Below the pieces are notes generated by a model. It saw only the letters and a program-made list of their open reading frames with translations, was not told the origin of the DNA and made no database searches. Below, one piece after another: positions 1 to 9,690 of a stretch of 64,000 bases of DNA. The stretch's first letter is position 1; each line of letters begins with the position of its first letter. Position numbers and translations under genes: made by a program. Origin of the DNA: Candidatus Latescibacterota bacterium (GTDB taxonomy: Bacteria > Latescibacterota > UBA2968 > UBA8231); the NCBI GenBank assembly GCA_965223905.1, contig CBDCXV010000002.1, forward strand, positions 352,001 through 416,000, in the 5' to 3' direction.

Positions 1-1
1 A

Positions 2-871
2 ATCTCCCGCGCCAACCGGATCGATCGGTCCGTCCGCAGGAAAACCGGCCAGATGTTCGACACGGTCTCCGACGGCCACCAGCATCCCCCTTTCCGACAG
101 TGTCAGGAAAACGGGGCGCCCCGTGTGCAGAGACAGCTGCGCTGCCCGCTTCCTGGAATCTCCCAGGGGAATTCGCGTCCTGTCGGACGGGGCTTCCTCG
201 AGGGCCGCCGCGGCCTCGCGCTCGTTGGGCTTGACGATCACGTCCCGGTACAACCCGATGCGTTCGCGGGAGTCGGCGAGGAAGATCGTGTCCTCGCGCT
301 CCCGGGCGAGGCGGGTGAGAAACCGGCGAACCCGCGTTGTTACGACTCCGCAGTTTGGCTCGTTCGCCTGGTCGACGATGATGACGCCGTCCCAGCGGGG
401 GACGTTCTCCCGGATGAAACCGACGATCCGCTCCTGCAGGAGGCGCGGTGTGGGCCGCCGGTTCTTGATGTCGATGCGCTCGAGCTCCTCCACGACCCGT
501 CCTGAGTCGACGTAGCAGGGCTTGGCGTACGTCGGTGTGAAGCGATCGTCGCCGGTGAAGAATCCGTCCGTTCGCAGACCGAGTTCCCCCATCGCCCGCC
601 GCAATTCGTACCCCTCGCCGTCGTCGCCACAGTAGCCCACGGCCTCGACGGTACCTACTTCCAAGGCGGCGAGGTTGGCCGCAACCGTTCCGGCCGCCCC
701 CGCCTGCCGGCGGGTGTCGACGACCTGGTAGCAGCGTTTCCCCGTCTCAAGCGACGTCTCTTCCAGGTCGCGTTGGCAGTCGTAGTAAGCGTCGAGAAAG
801 AAATCGCCCACCACCGAGACGGTGAGTTCGTGGAAGGAGCGCAGCAATCGTCGCAGACCGCCTGCGGTCAT
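2..871 (-). CDS. PfkB/RfaE(HldE)-like carbohydrate kinase, 3' end runs off the window
   Basis: Not in the ORF track because there is no stop in the window. Manual translation from ATG 871: MTAGGLRR...VVGDFFLD...GAAGTVAANLAAL...KPNEREA...IDPVGAGD (PfkB signature). ATGA overlap with the upstream HAD gene. Confidence 0.85.
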   Translation of the reverse strand, partial: MTAGGLRRLLRSFHELTVSVVGDFFLDAYYDCQRDLEETSLETGKRCYQVVDTRRQAGAAGTVAANLAALEVGTVEAVGYCGDDGEGYELRRAMGELGLRTDGFFTGDDRFTPTYAKPCYVDSGRVVEELERIDIKNRRPTPRLLQERIVGFIRENVPRWDGVIIVDQANEPNCGVVTTRVRRFLTRLAREREDTIFLADSRERIGLYRDVIVKPNEREAAAALEEAPSDRTRIPLGDSRKRAAQLSLHTGRPVFLTLSERGMLVAVGDRVEHLAGFPADGPIDPVGAGD

Positions 872-1860
872 CGCGACCCCACGCCCGAGACCTGCTCGTG
901 GGGATCATCCTTGGCGCCTGGGACTCCCAGGTGGTCGAGGATGAGGTCCGCCTCGCTCCAGTCAGGGACCAGAATCTGTGCGCCCACTCCAAGCAGACGC
1001 TCCTTTTTCCACAGATCCCATCCCTGTCCACCGGTTTCCAGGCTCGCGACCCCGACGGCGACACCCCCTGTCGCGCGCGCATTCTCCAGCTCGACGTAGC
1101 CATCCCCGAAGGCGGCCAGCTGCGAACCGTCAAGCTGGTACGACCTGAGTATGTCTTCAATGACGATTTTCTTGGAGAACGATCGGTAGTCCTGCCGCGC
1201 CCCGTGGATGCGGCTCCCGAAATAGGGAGTCAGCCCCAGCAGCTCTGCCTCCTCGACCACGTACTCGTGATCGGTGCCGCTGGCGAGATGGCAGACGATC
1301 CCGGCTCGCCGAAGTCTCTCCAGCAGGCGTCCGGACCCGCGGACCATGTACGCCTCCGGAGGTCGGTGCCGGCTGCGCACGCTTTCCAGACGCCCGGCGA
1401 TACGTTTGTTCAACAAAGTCAGGTACTGTCGTTTGTACTCTGCGGCGGGTACGCAGTCTGCACCCCGCTTTCGCATCTCTTCCTCCAGCCGCAGCATCTG
1501 GAAGATCGTCTGTTTTCCCGTAAGCCTGGTGATGAATTCTCGGCAAAGATACTCGAGCTGTTTCGGAGTCTCGGCGGTTTCGGCGCTGCCCAGCACGGTG
1601 ACGAACTGGTGCGTCATCACCTCCTGCCAGCCTCCGCGAAGCAGGGACAAGGTGCCGTCGAAATCGAACAGCGCGTGGCCAATGCGATTCGGTGGCAACG
1701 GCTGCAGACCGTGTATTTCTATCGCTTTTCCTGGGAAAACCGGAAGGGTCGCGGCGGGTTTCACAGCGCCCAACTTCATCGCTCCCGGGGGGTCGGTCAA
1801 GGGAAGCCTCGGCCTTCGGCAGGCAGCCCTCCGCGCTTGATGCATCAAGAGAAATGCCAT
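868..1860 (-). CDS. HAD-superfamily hydrolase/phosphatase (true start probably near 1779)
   Basis: FDFDGTLS motif I, ASGT motif II, K motif III, FGDGYVE motif IV. Confidence 0.85.
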   Translation of the reverse strand: MAFLLMHQARRAACRRPRLPLTDPPGAMKLGAVKPAATLPVFPGKAIEIHGLQPLPPNRIGHALFDFDGTLSLLRGGWQEVMTHQFVTVLGSAETAETPKQLEYLCREFITRLTGKQTIFQMLRLEEEMRKRGADCVPAAEYKRQYLTLLNKRIAGRLESVRSRHRPPEAYMVRGSGRLLERLRRAGIVCHLASGTDHEYVVEEAELLGLTPYFGSRIHGARQDYRSFSKKIVIEDILRSYQLDGSQLAAFGDGYVELENARATGGVAVGVASLETGGQGWDLWKKERLLGVGAQILVPDWSEADLILDHLGVPGAKDDPHEQVSGVGSR

Positions 1861-1933
1861 AATTTACTGCAAGTTAGGTCAGTATGACGGCTGCGCGCAT
1901 TGCAGCCGAGACAGTGGACTCACAGCGAAAATT

Positions 1934-2839
1934 GTGACTATTTCAAAAGCGGTTCTGCCGGTTGCCGGCAGGGGTACCCGGCTGCTGCCGGCAACCAAAT
2001 CCCAACCGAAGGAGATGCTTCCCGTTGGCACCAAGCCGGTCGTGCAGCACGTGGTCGAGGAGCTGGTCGAGGAAGGAGTCGACAAGCTTCTGTTCGTCAC
2101 CGGCCGCAAAAAGCGGTCGATAGAAGACCATTTCGACGATGATCCCGAACTCGACAGTCTGCTTCAGGAAAAAGGGGAATCGGTCGCACAGCTCGATTAC
2201 GAAAAGGAAGGGGTGGAGTTCTTCTACGTCCGGCAGCGGCGGCCCCTGGGAAACGCCGATGCGATCCGACTTGGCGCCCGGTTTGTCGGCGAAGAGCCTT
2301 TCCTGGTCGGATTCGGAGATACGATCATCCGCTCTCCGCACAAACCGGGAGTTGTAGGGCGCATGATCGCTGCCCACCTGGGAAACGATGTGGCGGCAAC
2401 TATCGCCGTCTGGGAGGTGCCGGCGGAAGAGGTCGAGCGCTACGGCATTGTGAAGCCAAGCTTCGTAACCGGCGACAGCGACTGCTTCGAAATTTCCGAG
2501 ATCGTCGAAAAACCGAGCCCCGAACAGGCCCCCAGCCATCTCGCGGTTGCGGCCCGCTACATCTTCGACCGCCGCGTGTTCGCGGCGATAGAAAAAATCG
2601 AGACCGGCCATGGAGGGGAACTCTGGTTGACGGATGCGATCCAGATTCTGATTGACGAGGGGCACGGAGTTCAGTGCTTGCGCCTGCTTCCGGACGAGAG
2701 GCGGTACGACATCGGAAGTCCAAACACTTACTACCGAGCATTCGCTGATTTTGCACTCGCCGATCCCCACCACGGCCCGGTGCTGGCCGACTATCTCAGA
2801 ACCAGGCTTCTGCCAGGTGCTGAGGAGGTCGGATCGTGA
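1934..2839 (+). CDS. galU: UTP--glucose-1-phosphate uridylyltransferase
   Basis: KAVLPVAGRGTRLLPATKSQPKEMLPV, IEDHFD, VRQ..PLG, VEKP, GELWLTDAI, YDIG motifs. Confidence 0.9.
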   Translation: MTISKAVLPVAGRGTRLLPATKSQPKEMLPVGTKPVVQHVVEELVEEGVDKLLFVTGRKKRSIEDHFDDDPELDSLLQEKGESVAQLDYEKEGVEFFYVRQRRPLGNADAIRLGARFVGEEPFLVGFGDTIIRSPHKPGVVGRMIAAHLGNDVAATIAVWEVPAEEVERYGIVKPSFVTGDSDCFEISEIVEKPSPEQAPSHLAVAARYIFDRRVFAAIEKIETGHGGELWLTDAIQILIDEGHGVQCLRLLPDERRYDIGSPNTYYRAFADFALADPHHGPVLADYLRTRLLPGAEEVGS

Positions 2840-4113
2840 TAGTCGCTCTCGACTACGGCCGCAAGGGAATCGAGGCGGAGGTGCCGGACGACGCAGAGAT
2901 CCTGTCGATGGCGGCTATGCCCGGCTTGGATCCCATCGAAGAGCGGCTCTACGAATCCCTGCGGGCTCCTTCCGGAACGGCGCCACTCATCGATCTGGCT
3001 CGCGGCCGGGAGGACGCATGCGTCGTCATCTCCGACATCACCCGGCCGGTTCCCAACTCCGTGATCCTTCCACCCATCCTATACACTCTGGAAAACGCCG
3101 GTATAGCGCGCGATGCCATTACCATCCTGATCGCCACCGGCCTGCACCGCCCCAACGAGGGGGAGGAACTGGTCGAGCTCGTCGGCTCCGAGATCGTGCA
3201 GAAATACCGCATCGAGAACCACCGGGCCAGGGATCGCCGCAGCCTGGCCTACCTCGGAGATACCTCGGCAGGGGCTCCGATCTGGGTGGACCGCCTCTAC
3301 CTCGAAGCCGATCTGAAGATCGCCACCTCGTTGATCGAACCCCACCTGATGGCCGGATACTCGGGTGGACGCAAGGCGATCTGTCCCGGGTTGATGGGTG
3401 TCGATACGGTGAAGGTGCTGCACGGACCTGAGCTGATGGGGCACCCCCGATCCGCCGAGGGGATCATCGAAGGCAACCCTTTTCACGAGCAGGCCTTGGA
3501 AGTAGCCCGGACTGTCGGAGTCGACCTCACTCTCAACGTGGCGATGAATGAAAAGCGGAAGATTACCGGCATTTTCTCCGGCGATCTGGAGAAGGCCCAC
3601 GCCGAGGGCGTGGCATTCGTCGAAGAGGCTGCCTTGGCTACCGTTGACGAGGCTGTCGACGTCGTGGTCACGACTAGCGCCGGGTTTCCCCTCGACCTGA
3701 CCTTCTACCAGGCGGTCAAGGGAATGACGGCGGTGCTGCCGATCCTCCGCGAGGGCGGCACCATCGTTATCGCCGCCAGCTGTGACGAAGGGCTGGGAAG
3801 CCGGGAGTTCAGCAAGCTGTTGTTGGGGACAACCGGGCTCGATGAGTTCGCCGGCAAATTGGAGTCGCGTGATTTCTTCGTCGAGGACCAGTGGCAGTTG
3901 CAGGAGTTGTGCAAGGTGCTCGCCAAGGCAAGGGTGAAGCTTTATTCTCAGAAGATCGCCCGCGATTTCGGAGCCTCCTTGCCGATGGTCGACGTAGTTC
4001 CCTCGGTAGAGGCGGGAATAGATGAAGCTCTCCGCGATTCCGCTAAAAAGGTCCGTGTAGCCGTCGTCCCGAAAGGGCCCTACGTGCTTCCGCGATTGAG
4101 ATCGAGTCGCTGA
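2836..4113 (+). CDS. larA: Nickel-pincer (NPN)-dependent lactate racemase / 2-hydroxyacid isomerase family protein
   Basis: DITRP, ATGLHR, HLMAGYSGGRKAICPG and YQAVKG motifs typical of LarA; GTGA overlap with galU. Confidence 0.85.
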   Translation: MIVALDYGRKGIEAEVPDDAEILSMAAMPGLDPIEERLYESLRAPSGTAPLIDLARGREDACVVISDITRPVPNSVILPPILYTLENAGIARDAITILIATGLHRPNEGEELVELVGSEIVQKYRIENHRARDRRSLAYLGDTSAGAPIWVDRLYLEADLKIATSLIEPHLMAGYSGGRKAICPGLMGVDTVKVLHGPELMGHPRSAEGIIEGNPFHEQALEVARTVGVDLTLNVAMNEKRKITGIFSGDLEKAHAEGVAFVEEAALATVDEAVDVVVTTSAGFPLDLTFYQAVKGMTAVLPILREGGTIVIAASCDEGLGSREFSKLLLGTTGLDEFAGKLESRDFFVEDQWQLQELCKVLAKARVKLYSQKIARDFGASLPMVDVVPSVEAGIDEALRDSAKKVRVAVVPKGPYVLPRLRSSR

Positions 4114-4145
4114 GACGACGGAATGGCTTAGAGGAACAGATTCTC

Positions 4146-5228
4146 ATGGTAATTTCGAAGCTGAAACTACAGCTTCCCCGCACCCTTGCTGGAATGGCTT
4201 TGCTGATTGCCATGGGCACAGGTTGCTCTCAGCTCACATCGATTTGGGGCACGGTTTCTGAAGAGGTGGCAGCACAACCTGCGACCGACGAAACAGTGAC
4301 CCCCGCGCGGCCGGCAACCGCCGTGGAGACGGTGGAACTCGCCGACGCTGAGAAAGACAGCATAGATGCGCTCAAGAAGGTCCTCCTGATTCTGCCGTTC
4401 CGCGACGTTTCCAAATACAAGGGCCCTTGGGACATATACGGCCAGCTCGCCCGTGGATTGGCCGACACCCTCGGGCGTTACAAGGCCTATCGCATCATTC
4501 CGCCGGACTCCGGGTTCGTCCGTCTCGGGAAAAAAGAGCGCCTCGGCAAGATCGAGTCGGGCAGGGCCGTACATCTGGGACGACAGCTGGAGGCCGACGT
4601 CGTAGTCCTCGGTGAAATCGAAGACATCAGCATGAAGCGGTTTCGCGCTACGGTTCCCTTGGGTGGATACCGGAGCTACCAGGGCATTTCGGCGATAAAG
4701 ATCTTTTTCTACAATGCCATCGACGGTCAACCCACGGGTGAGTATCGGTGTGAAGGGCAGATCGACAGCAAGCGCACCGGCGTCGTCAACCCTGCCGCGC
4801 ATGTTCCCCTAGACAAGGAGTATTTTTTCCTGGGGGAAGCGGAATGGGGTTCTGCGGAGTTTCACAAGACCCTCGTAGGGCAGTCTGTCGGCGAGTGCCT
4901 GCACCAACTGGGTGTGGGAGTGGGAGCCACGGTTAGGCCTGCTCCCGAGCTGAGCGTATCAGAGCCGAAAATTATAGATATCGATGCCAGCCGCGCGTAT
5001 ATTAATGTCGGATCTGCGGATGGGGTCAGGAATGGGGACAAGTTCGGGGTCTGGGATCTTGGGCGCGAGCTTCGCGATCCGGAGACCGACACCGTTCTCG
5101 GCTACGCCGTATCCAGAAGAGTGGGGGTGATCCAGGTCGAACAGGTTCTCAACGAACACCTGTCACAGGTCAACATCCTCGAGGGCCAGGGAGAGATCGA
5201 GCCTGCGTTTTCGATTCGGGCCGAATGA
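4146..5228 (+). CDS. Lipoprotein with CsgG/TolB-N-like domain and FlgT-C-like beta-barrel
   Basis: Lipobox-like GTGC; ILPF..GRQLEADVVVLGEI; YINVGSADGVRNGDKFGV..DPET..LG pattern of FlgT C-terminal domains. Confidence 0.6.
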   Translation: MVISKLKLQLPRTLAGMALLIAMGTGCSQLTSIWGTVSEEVAAQPATDETVTPARPATAVETVELADAEKDSIDALKKVLLILPFRDVSKYKGPWDIYGQLARGLADTLGRYKAYRIIPPDSGFVRLGKKERLGKIESGRAVHLGRQLEADVVVLGEIEDISMKRFRATVPLGGYRSYQGISAIKIFFYNAIDGQPTGEYRCEGQIDSKRTGVVNPAAHVPLDKEYFFLGEAEWGSAEFHKTLVGQSVGECLHQLGVGVGATVRPAPELSVSEPKIIDIDASRAYINVGSADGVRNGDKFGVWDLGRELRDPETDTVLGYAVSRRVGVIQVEQVLNEHLSQVNILEGQGEIEPAFSIRAE

Positions 5229-5716
5229 GACGCATCTTTTTCCACAAGGCTGCAGTAATTGCGCTCGCCATGGGAATAGTCGCTCCTGGGGCTGGAGTCG
5301 GAAGTGTGGACGTCGCCGCCTACCAGTTGCTCTTCTTGTTTGATCCCGACTCAGAGGAACAGCTACGGAGGGCTCTGGTGCTGGAACGAGCGACCGCGGA
5401 GATCGACGGGATCGAGCTTCTGGGAATGGTGAATTCGCGTGATATAGGCTCTCCGGCTCTGGACCGGCTCGGCTTCCAGATATTGTCGGTCGGGGATTTC
5501 CTACAGCAAGATCAGGTAGCCGCGGAGGCCGCGGAAGACTGGTTCCGGTCCGGGGAGCCCGGCAGTCTCCTGCTGCTGAATCGGAACGGCGGCGGAACCA
5601 GAACTGTCGCGAGCGACGATTTCGAGGCGGCTATTCACCGACTCTCCGCAAGCCTGCCGATCCCTACAGAGGTAGACGTCACCACTTGGGGGAAGGTCAA
5701 GGACCTGTTCAACTAA
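5225..5716 (+). CDS. Exported hypothetical protein with C-terminal TTWGKVK tail
   Basis: Signal peptide; ends PTEVDVTTWGKVKDLFN; ATGA overlap with upstream gene. Confidence 0.7.
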   Translation: MRRIFFHKAAVIALAMGIVAPGAGVGSVDVAAYQLLFLFDPDSEEQLRRALVLERATAEIDGIELLGMVNSRDIGSPALDRLGFQILSVGDFLQQDQVAAEAAEDWFRSGEPGSLLLLNRNGGGTRTVASDDFEAAIHRLSASLPIPTEVDVTTWGKVKDLFN

Positions 5717-5729
5717 GTAGGTTCTAAAT

Positions 5730-6136
5730 TTGGATTCGCCTTTCATAGACAGGTCACCATCAGGCCGGATGGGTCAGACCTCCGTCGCCTTACTGATCAC
5801 AGGAAATCCGATTACTTTCCCGCTTGGTCTCCATCCGGAGACCGACTTACTTTCTGTTCGGAACGCTGTCGGAGGACAGGAACTGATGCTGGCCCGGCAA
5901 GACGGCAGCGTACGGGCCCGCATCACGGTGGCTGAGGAGAAGTACGAGCAGGAGCTGGCGTGGTCTCCGGATGGAAAGGGTCTTGCTTATTCGGAACATG
6001 AAGGGCGATTACGAGACCTACCTCGTCAACACACACATGGCTTTGACTTCCACGATGTGGAAACCCGGAAATGCCGTTCAACCTAACCGATAGCTCCGAC
6101 CGCGACGACAAATCGCCGTCTTGGAGACCCTTTTGA
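5730..6136 (+). pseudogene. Degraded TolB/PD40-repeat protein fragment
   Basis: ELAWSPDGKGLAYS, then DYETYLVN and NLTDSSDRDDKSPSWRPF* in shifted frames. Confidence 0.6.
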
Positions 6137-6192
6137 AGTGGTCGAGCACAGATCTGCGTTGACAGTGCTACATCGCCTCGTCAAGTTTCTCA

Positions 6193-6909
6193 ATGTCCAC
6201 TAGATTCCATGCCAAAATGAAGGAGCAAGGTCCCGTGGCCACACCAAGACTGCTGCATTCGACAGCTTCACAGCTGCTGGTTTTTTGCCTGCTCGCATCC
6301 GGGTGCGCGACTACTTCGGGAGGGGGCGGTGGTCCCGCACCGATTCCGGAGGGGATGGGCAGACTCATCCTGGATGCAGGCGGCATTAATGAGTTGAATT
6401 TCTACGTTATCGATCAGGATACCGATGAAGAGGTGTATTCCGATACCCCCCGCCTTTCGGCGAGTTCTCCGGCCTATTACGAAATGGGCGCTCAGGAATT
6501 CCGGTTGATGTGCGATATTCCTCCGGGACTCTACACCGTCGTCGTCAATACTGACATCGACGACAATGTGGAGATTCGGAACGTCGAAGTCAGATTGGGC
6601 GAGGAGAGGTACGTCCCCGTTCAAGTCGGTCGTTTCTCGGTCAGGTTCACAGGGGGCGAGGAGTTGGGGCGGCAGATTCCCTTCCTCATCATGGACTACA
6701 ACATGCGCACCGTGCTAGGCAAGGGAATGACCTCTTCGGAGATTCGTTATTTCATAGTCCCGGCCGGCAGGTCGTACAAGGTGCGCATCGAAAATTCACC
6801 GAGCGGCCTCGACGAGTTCCGGCCCGTAGAGGTCACCTACGGAGGAATCACTCATATAACGATCGAATCCGACTCGCCGCAGCTCGAGGAGGAGGGCGGA
6901 ATCGAGTAG
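6193..6909 (+). CDS. Hypothetical lipoprotein (beta-rich, two similar domains)
   Basis: Lipobox LLASGC followed by a Gly-rich linker. Confidence 0.7.
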   Translation: MSTRFHAKMKEQGPVATPRLLHSTASQLLVFCLLASGCATTSGGGGGPAPIPEGMGRLILDAGGINELNFYVIDQDTDEEVYSDTPRLSASSPAYYEMGAQEFRLMCDIPPGLYTVVVNTDIDDNVEIRNVEVRLGEERYVPVQVGRFSVRFTGGEELGRQIPFLIMDYNMRTVLGKGMTSSEIRYFIVPAGRSYKVRIENSPSGLDEFRPVEVTYGGITHITIESDSPQLEEEGGIE

Positions 6910-6954
6910 CGTGCACCCGGGTCTGACGATACTCCAGGAGAATCAGGGCCCCTT

Positions 6955-7833
6955 GTGAAAGGCACAACCATGAAGACCCTTCACGCACTGATCACACTCA
7001 CGGGTGCAGCTGTATGTTCAGTCGTAGCGCAACAATCCGACATCGTCGCCACCGTCGTGGATCGAGCCGGCAACCGCCACGAAGTGTCGAAGCTTACCTA
7101 CCAGGGGGGCGACGACATAGAGATCTACGTAGGCAACCAGCGCCGCATCCTCAAAATGCAGGATGTGGATCGGCTGACAATGCAAGGCGACAAGAACGAC
7201 GAAGAGCAGCAGGTTGCTATTTCTCTGCGAACCGGTGAGGTGATCAACGCAACCATTTTTTCGGGCGGTAGCGGCAGTTCCCCCCATCAGGACAGCTTCG
7301 GTGGGGGCTCCGTGATGCAGCGTTTTGGAGGGGTCACCGAACTCGGACCCTTCCTGATCCTGATGTCGGAGGTTAGCGACGTGCTGTTCCTTCATCCCGA
7401 CGTCGCCGAGCCGCAAATCAAACTCAAGGCCACGGTCATCAACGAGGCGGGTGAGCGCTTCGAAGTCTCCAACCTCCGGTTTCGTGGAAAGCGCCGATTC
7501 GAGTATTTCCAAGGGTTGAAATTGCGCTCCAAGGAGATGGAAAGGATCAGCCGACTCGATTTCTCGAAGGCGGCTGCCGGCACTGAATCTCGCACCGTGA
7601 CGATAACTTTTCGCTCGGGACGCACTACCCAAGGAACGGTCGATGCCAGCACCGTGCGACTGGCGGGGGAAACCAACCGCATTTACGAGAAGCGGGTGGG
7701 CTCGGCTTTCACGGGAAGCTCCGGTACCGGTGATTTTGGAATCGGGTTAAATGACGTCAAGCTGATCCGCTTTCACGAAGAAAGCGAAGAGACCCAGCGC
7801 GAGGATGTTTCCGGGGCGGAGGAGGAAAAATAG
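6955..7833 (+). CDS. Exported hypothetical protein with internally duplicated beta domain
   Basis: Signal peptide; halves resemble each other (ATVVDRAGNRHEVSKL / ATVINEAGERFEVSNL). Confidence 0.7.
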   Translation: MKGTTMKTLHALITLTGAAVCSVVAQQSDIVATVVDRAGNRHEVSKLTYQGGDDIEIYVGNQRRILKMQDVDRLTMQGDKNDEEQQVAISLRTGEVINATIFSGGSGSSPHQDSFGGGSVMQRFGGVTELGPFLILMSEVSDVLFLHPDVAEPQIKLKATVINEAGERFEVSNLRFRGKRRFEYFQGLKLRSKEMERISRLDFSKAAAGTESRTVTITFRSGRTTQGTVDASTVRLAGETNRIYEKRVGSAFTGSSGTGDFGIGLNDVKLIRFHEESEETQREDVSGAEEEK

Positions 7834-7841
7834 TCTCCAAA

Positions 7842-8756
7842 TTGCTGCCGGAGTGGGGTAGGCCGGCGATGAGGTCTTGCGTCTTTCTTACGGTCGCGAT
7901 CTTCGCAGTTCTAGCAATCGCTCACCAACCTCCCGGAGTCAGTATTCGGGCGTTCCAATTTTCCGATCATCACAAACCTGTGATAGATGGCGACTTGGAG
8001 GACTGGGAAATAGTCGATTCCGACTATTGCGTGTCAACAGATCAGCTTACAGATCTCGTCAACGGAGCTGTGCCGGACCTATCCGATTTCCGCACAACAC
8101 TCTGTGTAGGCTGGAATGATGCGTCAAATCAATTGTATGTGAGTGCAGTAGTCGCCGATGACGTCCATCAAATTGACCGTCCCGAGGGGACTCCTCCCGC
8201 CTTGATATTCCAGGACGACGATCTGGAGATATTCGTGGACGCCAATCATTCAGGCGGTCAGTTTGCCGATTTTTCCGACTTGAGTGAGGACGAGCAGCTG
8301 CGCCTGAACGGCACTGAGGCCAACCACTTCATTCTTTCTGGCCCACCACCTCCAAACGGAGATTTTTTCGTCAATTTCTCTGCTGCTGGGTGGTATTCAG
8401 AGCCGGATGGGGAATTCACCAAGGCTGCAGTGGTGGTGGCGATGCCCGGTGTCGTGGCCTATGAAATGGCGCTGACCCCTTTTGACAGAATCGACGTGGG
8501 AGCTTCTTTCCTCAGTGTGGCACACGACTTACGCGAAGGAGAAGTTCTCGGGTTCAACGCGGAGTTCAACGATTTCGACACCCACTCGGAACTCTACGAA
8601 GCCAAGTGGTCTCTGAGCGGGGGGCACAATGCTTTCCGGCTGTCCGAGAGGTTCAGCGATCTCAAGTTGGCAGGTCTTTCCGAGCCGGTCGAAGGCACCG
8701 CAATTTTGGAAAAGTCCTGGGGTCAAATTAAAAACTTCCATCCGACCATGAAATGA
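7842..8756 (+). CDS. CBM9-like/DOMON sugar-binding exported protein with C-terminal SWGQIK tail
   Basis: PVIDGDLEDW, GWNDASNQLY, DDLEIFVD, YEMA motifs; ends TAILEKSWGQIK. Confidence 0.7.
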   Translation: MLPEWGRPAMRSCVFLTVAIFAVLAIAHQPPGVSIRAFQFSDHHKPVIDGDLEDWEIVDSDYCVSTDQLTDLVNGAVPDLSDFRTTLCVGWNDASNQLYVSAVVADDVHQIDRPEGTPPALIFQDDDLEIFVDANHSGGQFADFSDLSEDEQLRLNGTEANHFILSGPPPPNGDFFVNFSAAGWYSEPDGEFTKAAVVVAMPGVVAYEMALTPFDRIDVGASFLSVAHDLREGEVLGFNAEFNDFDTHSELYEAKWSLSGGHNAFRLSERFSDLKLAGLSEPVEGTAILEKSWGQIKNFHPTMK

Positions 8757-9661
8757 ACTATCTTACGGCGGGGTTGCATCGGCTGAGCGTTCTTTCGTAT
8801 TTGCTATCTCGAACGACCCGGGCGCCGTGGTTTTCGGCGCGAGGCAAGCCAACAGGATCTCAACAAGGAGCCCGTGCGATCATGTTCGCGAAACCGGATT
8901 TGGGAATGACTACACCGCGCAAAATTCCCTCTCTTCTCTTCTCAGCAATTGCTCTAGTGTCGGTGATTTTGGCGAGTTGCGGATACTACCACTACGCCAC
9001 ACCCTTACGCCCCGCCGAGGGTCAGCAGAGTGCGATGAGCGTCGCTGACGATGGCAGCATCACCTTCACGCAGGATCGCCTCGAGGTCAGGCTTCGTCCT
9101 ATGACCGACGAGGAGCTCAATCGGCAGTTTGCATCGCATTCCAATTCAGGACCGAAATCCACCAATCCCTACACCTACGGAAACACCAAATTCTGGGAAG
9201 GCGAACAGGAACGCACCCGATTTACGGTGTTTCGCCTAAGCGTCAAGAATTACGCCTATCCGAAGGTGAAGATTGATCCCGCCCGAATTCAACTCGTCGC
9301 ATCGAACAACCGCGAGTACTGGAGCTTAGGGAAACAGCAGATGGACACGTACTACCGCGCCTATGCCATCGGGTATCGGGGCAACGAGTACAACCGCTAC
9401 CAAGAGCGGATGGATTTGCTGAATCGCACCATGTTTAAGAACGAAGGGATCTTCAGCGGACAGGAGAATGAGGGGTTCGTAATCTTTCCTGCACTTCACC
9501 CCGATGTCCGCGAGATAAACGTCATCGTCCACGATTGCGTGCTAAGGTTCGACTACCGAAATGAACCGGTCGAAGCGGTTGATATCAACTACGGTTTCGA
9601 GCGAGACATCGGGCGCAGGTATGGCGATGCCGAACCCGTAATCGAGACTGCGAGCAAGTAG
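8753..9661 (+). CDS. Hypothetical lipoprotein (true start likely downstream, about 8882-8906)
   Basis: Lipobox ILASC; Ig-like body with ..EGFVIFP.. pattern. Confidence 0.65.
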   Translation: MNYLTAGLHRLSVLSYLLSRTTRAPWFSARGKPTGSQQGARAIMFAKPDLGMTTPRKIPSLLFSAIALVSVILASCGYYHYATPLRPAEGQQSAMSVADDGSITFTQDRLEVRLRPMTDEELNRQFASHSNSGPKSTNPYTYGNTKFWEGEQERTRFTVFRLSVKNYAYPKVKIDPARIQLVASNNREYWSLGKQQMDTYYRAYAIGYRGNEYNRYQERMDLLNRTMFKNEGIFSGQENEGFVIFPALHPDVREINVIVHDCVLRFDYRNEPVEAVDINYGFERDIGRRYGDAEPVIETASK

Positions 9662-9690
9662 CAAGAAATACCACAAGGAGGATCGAGCTC

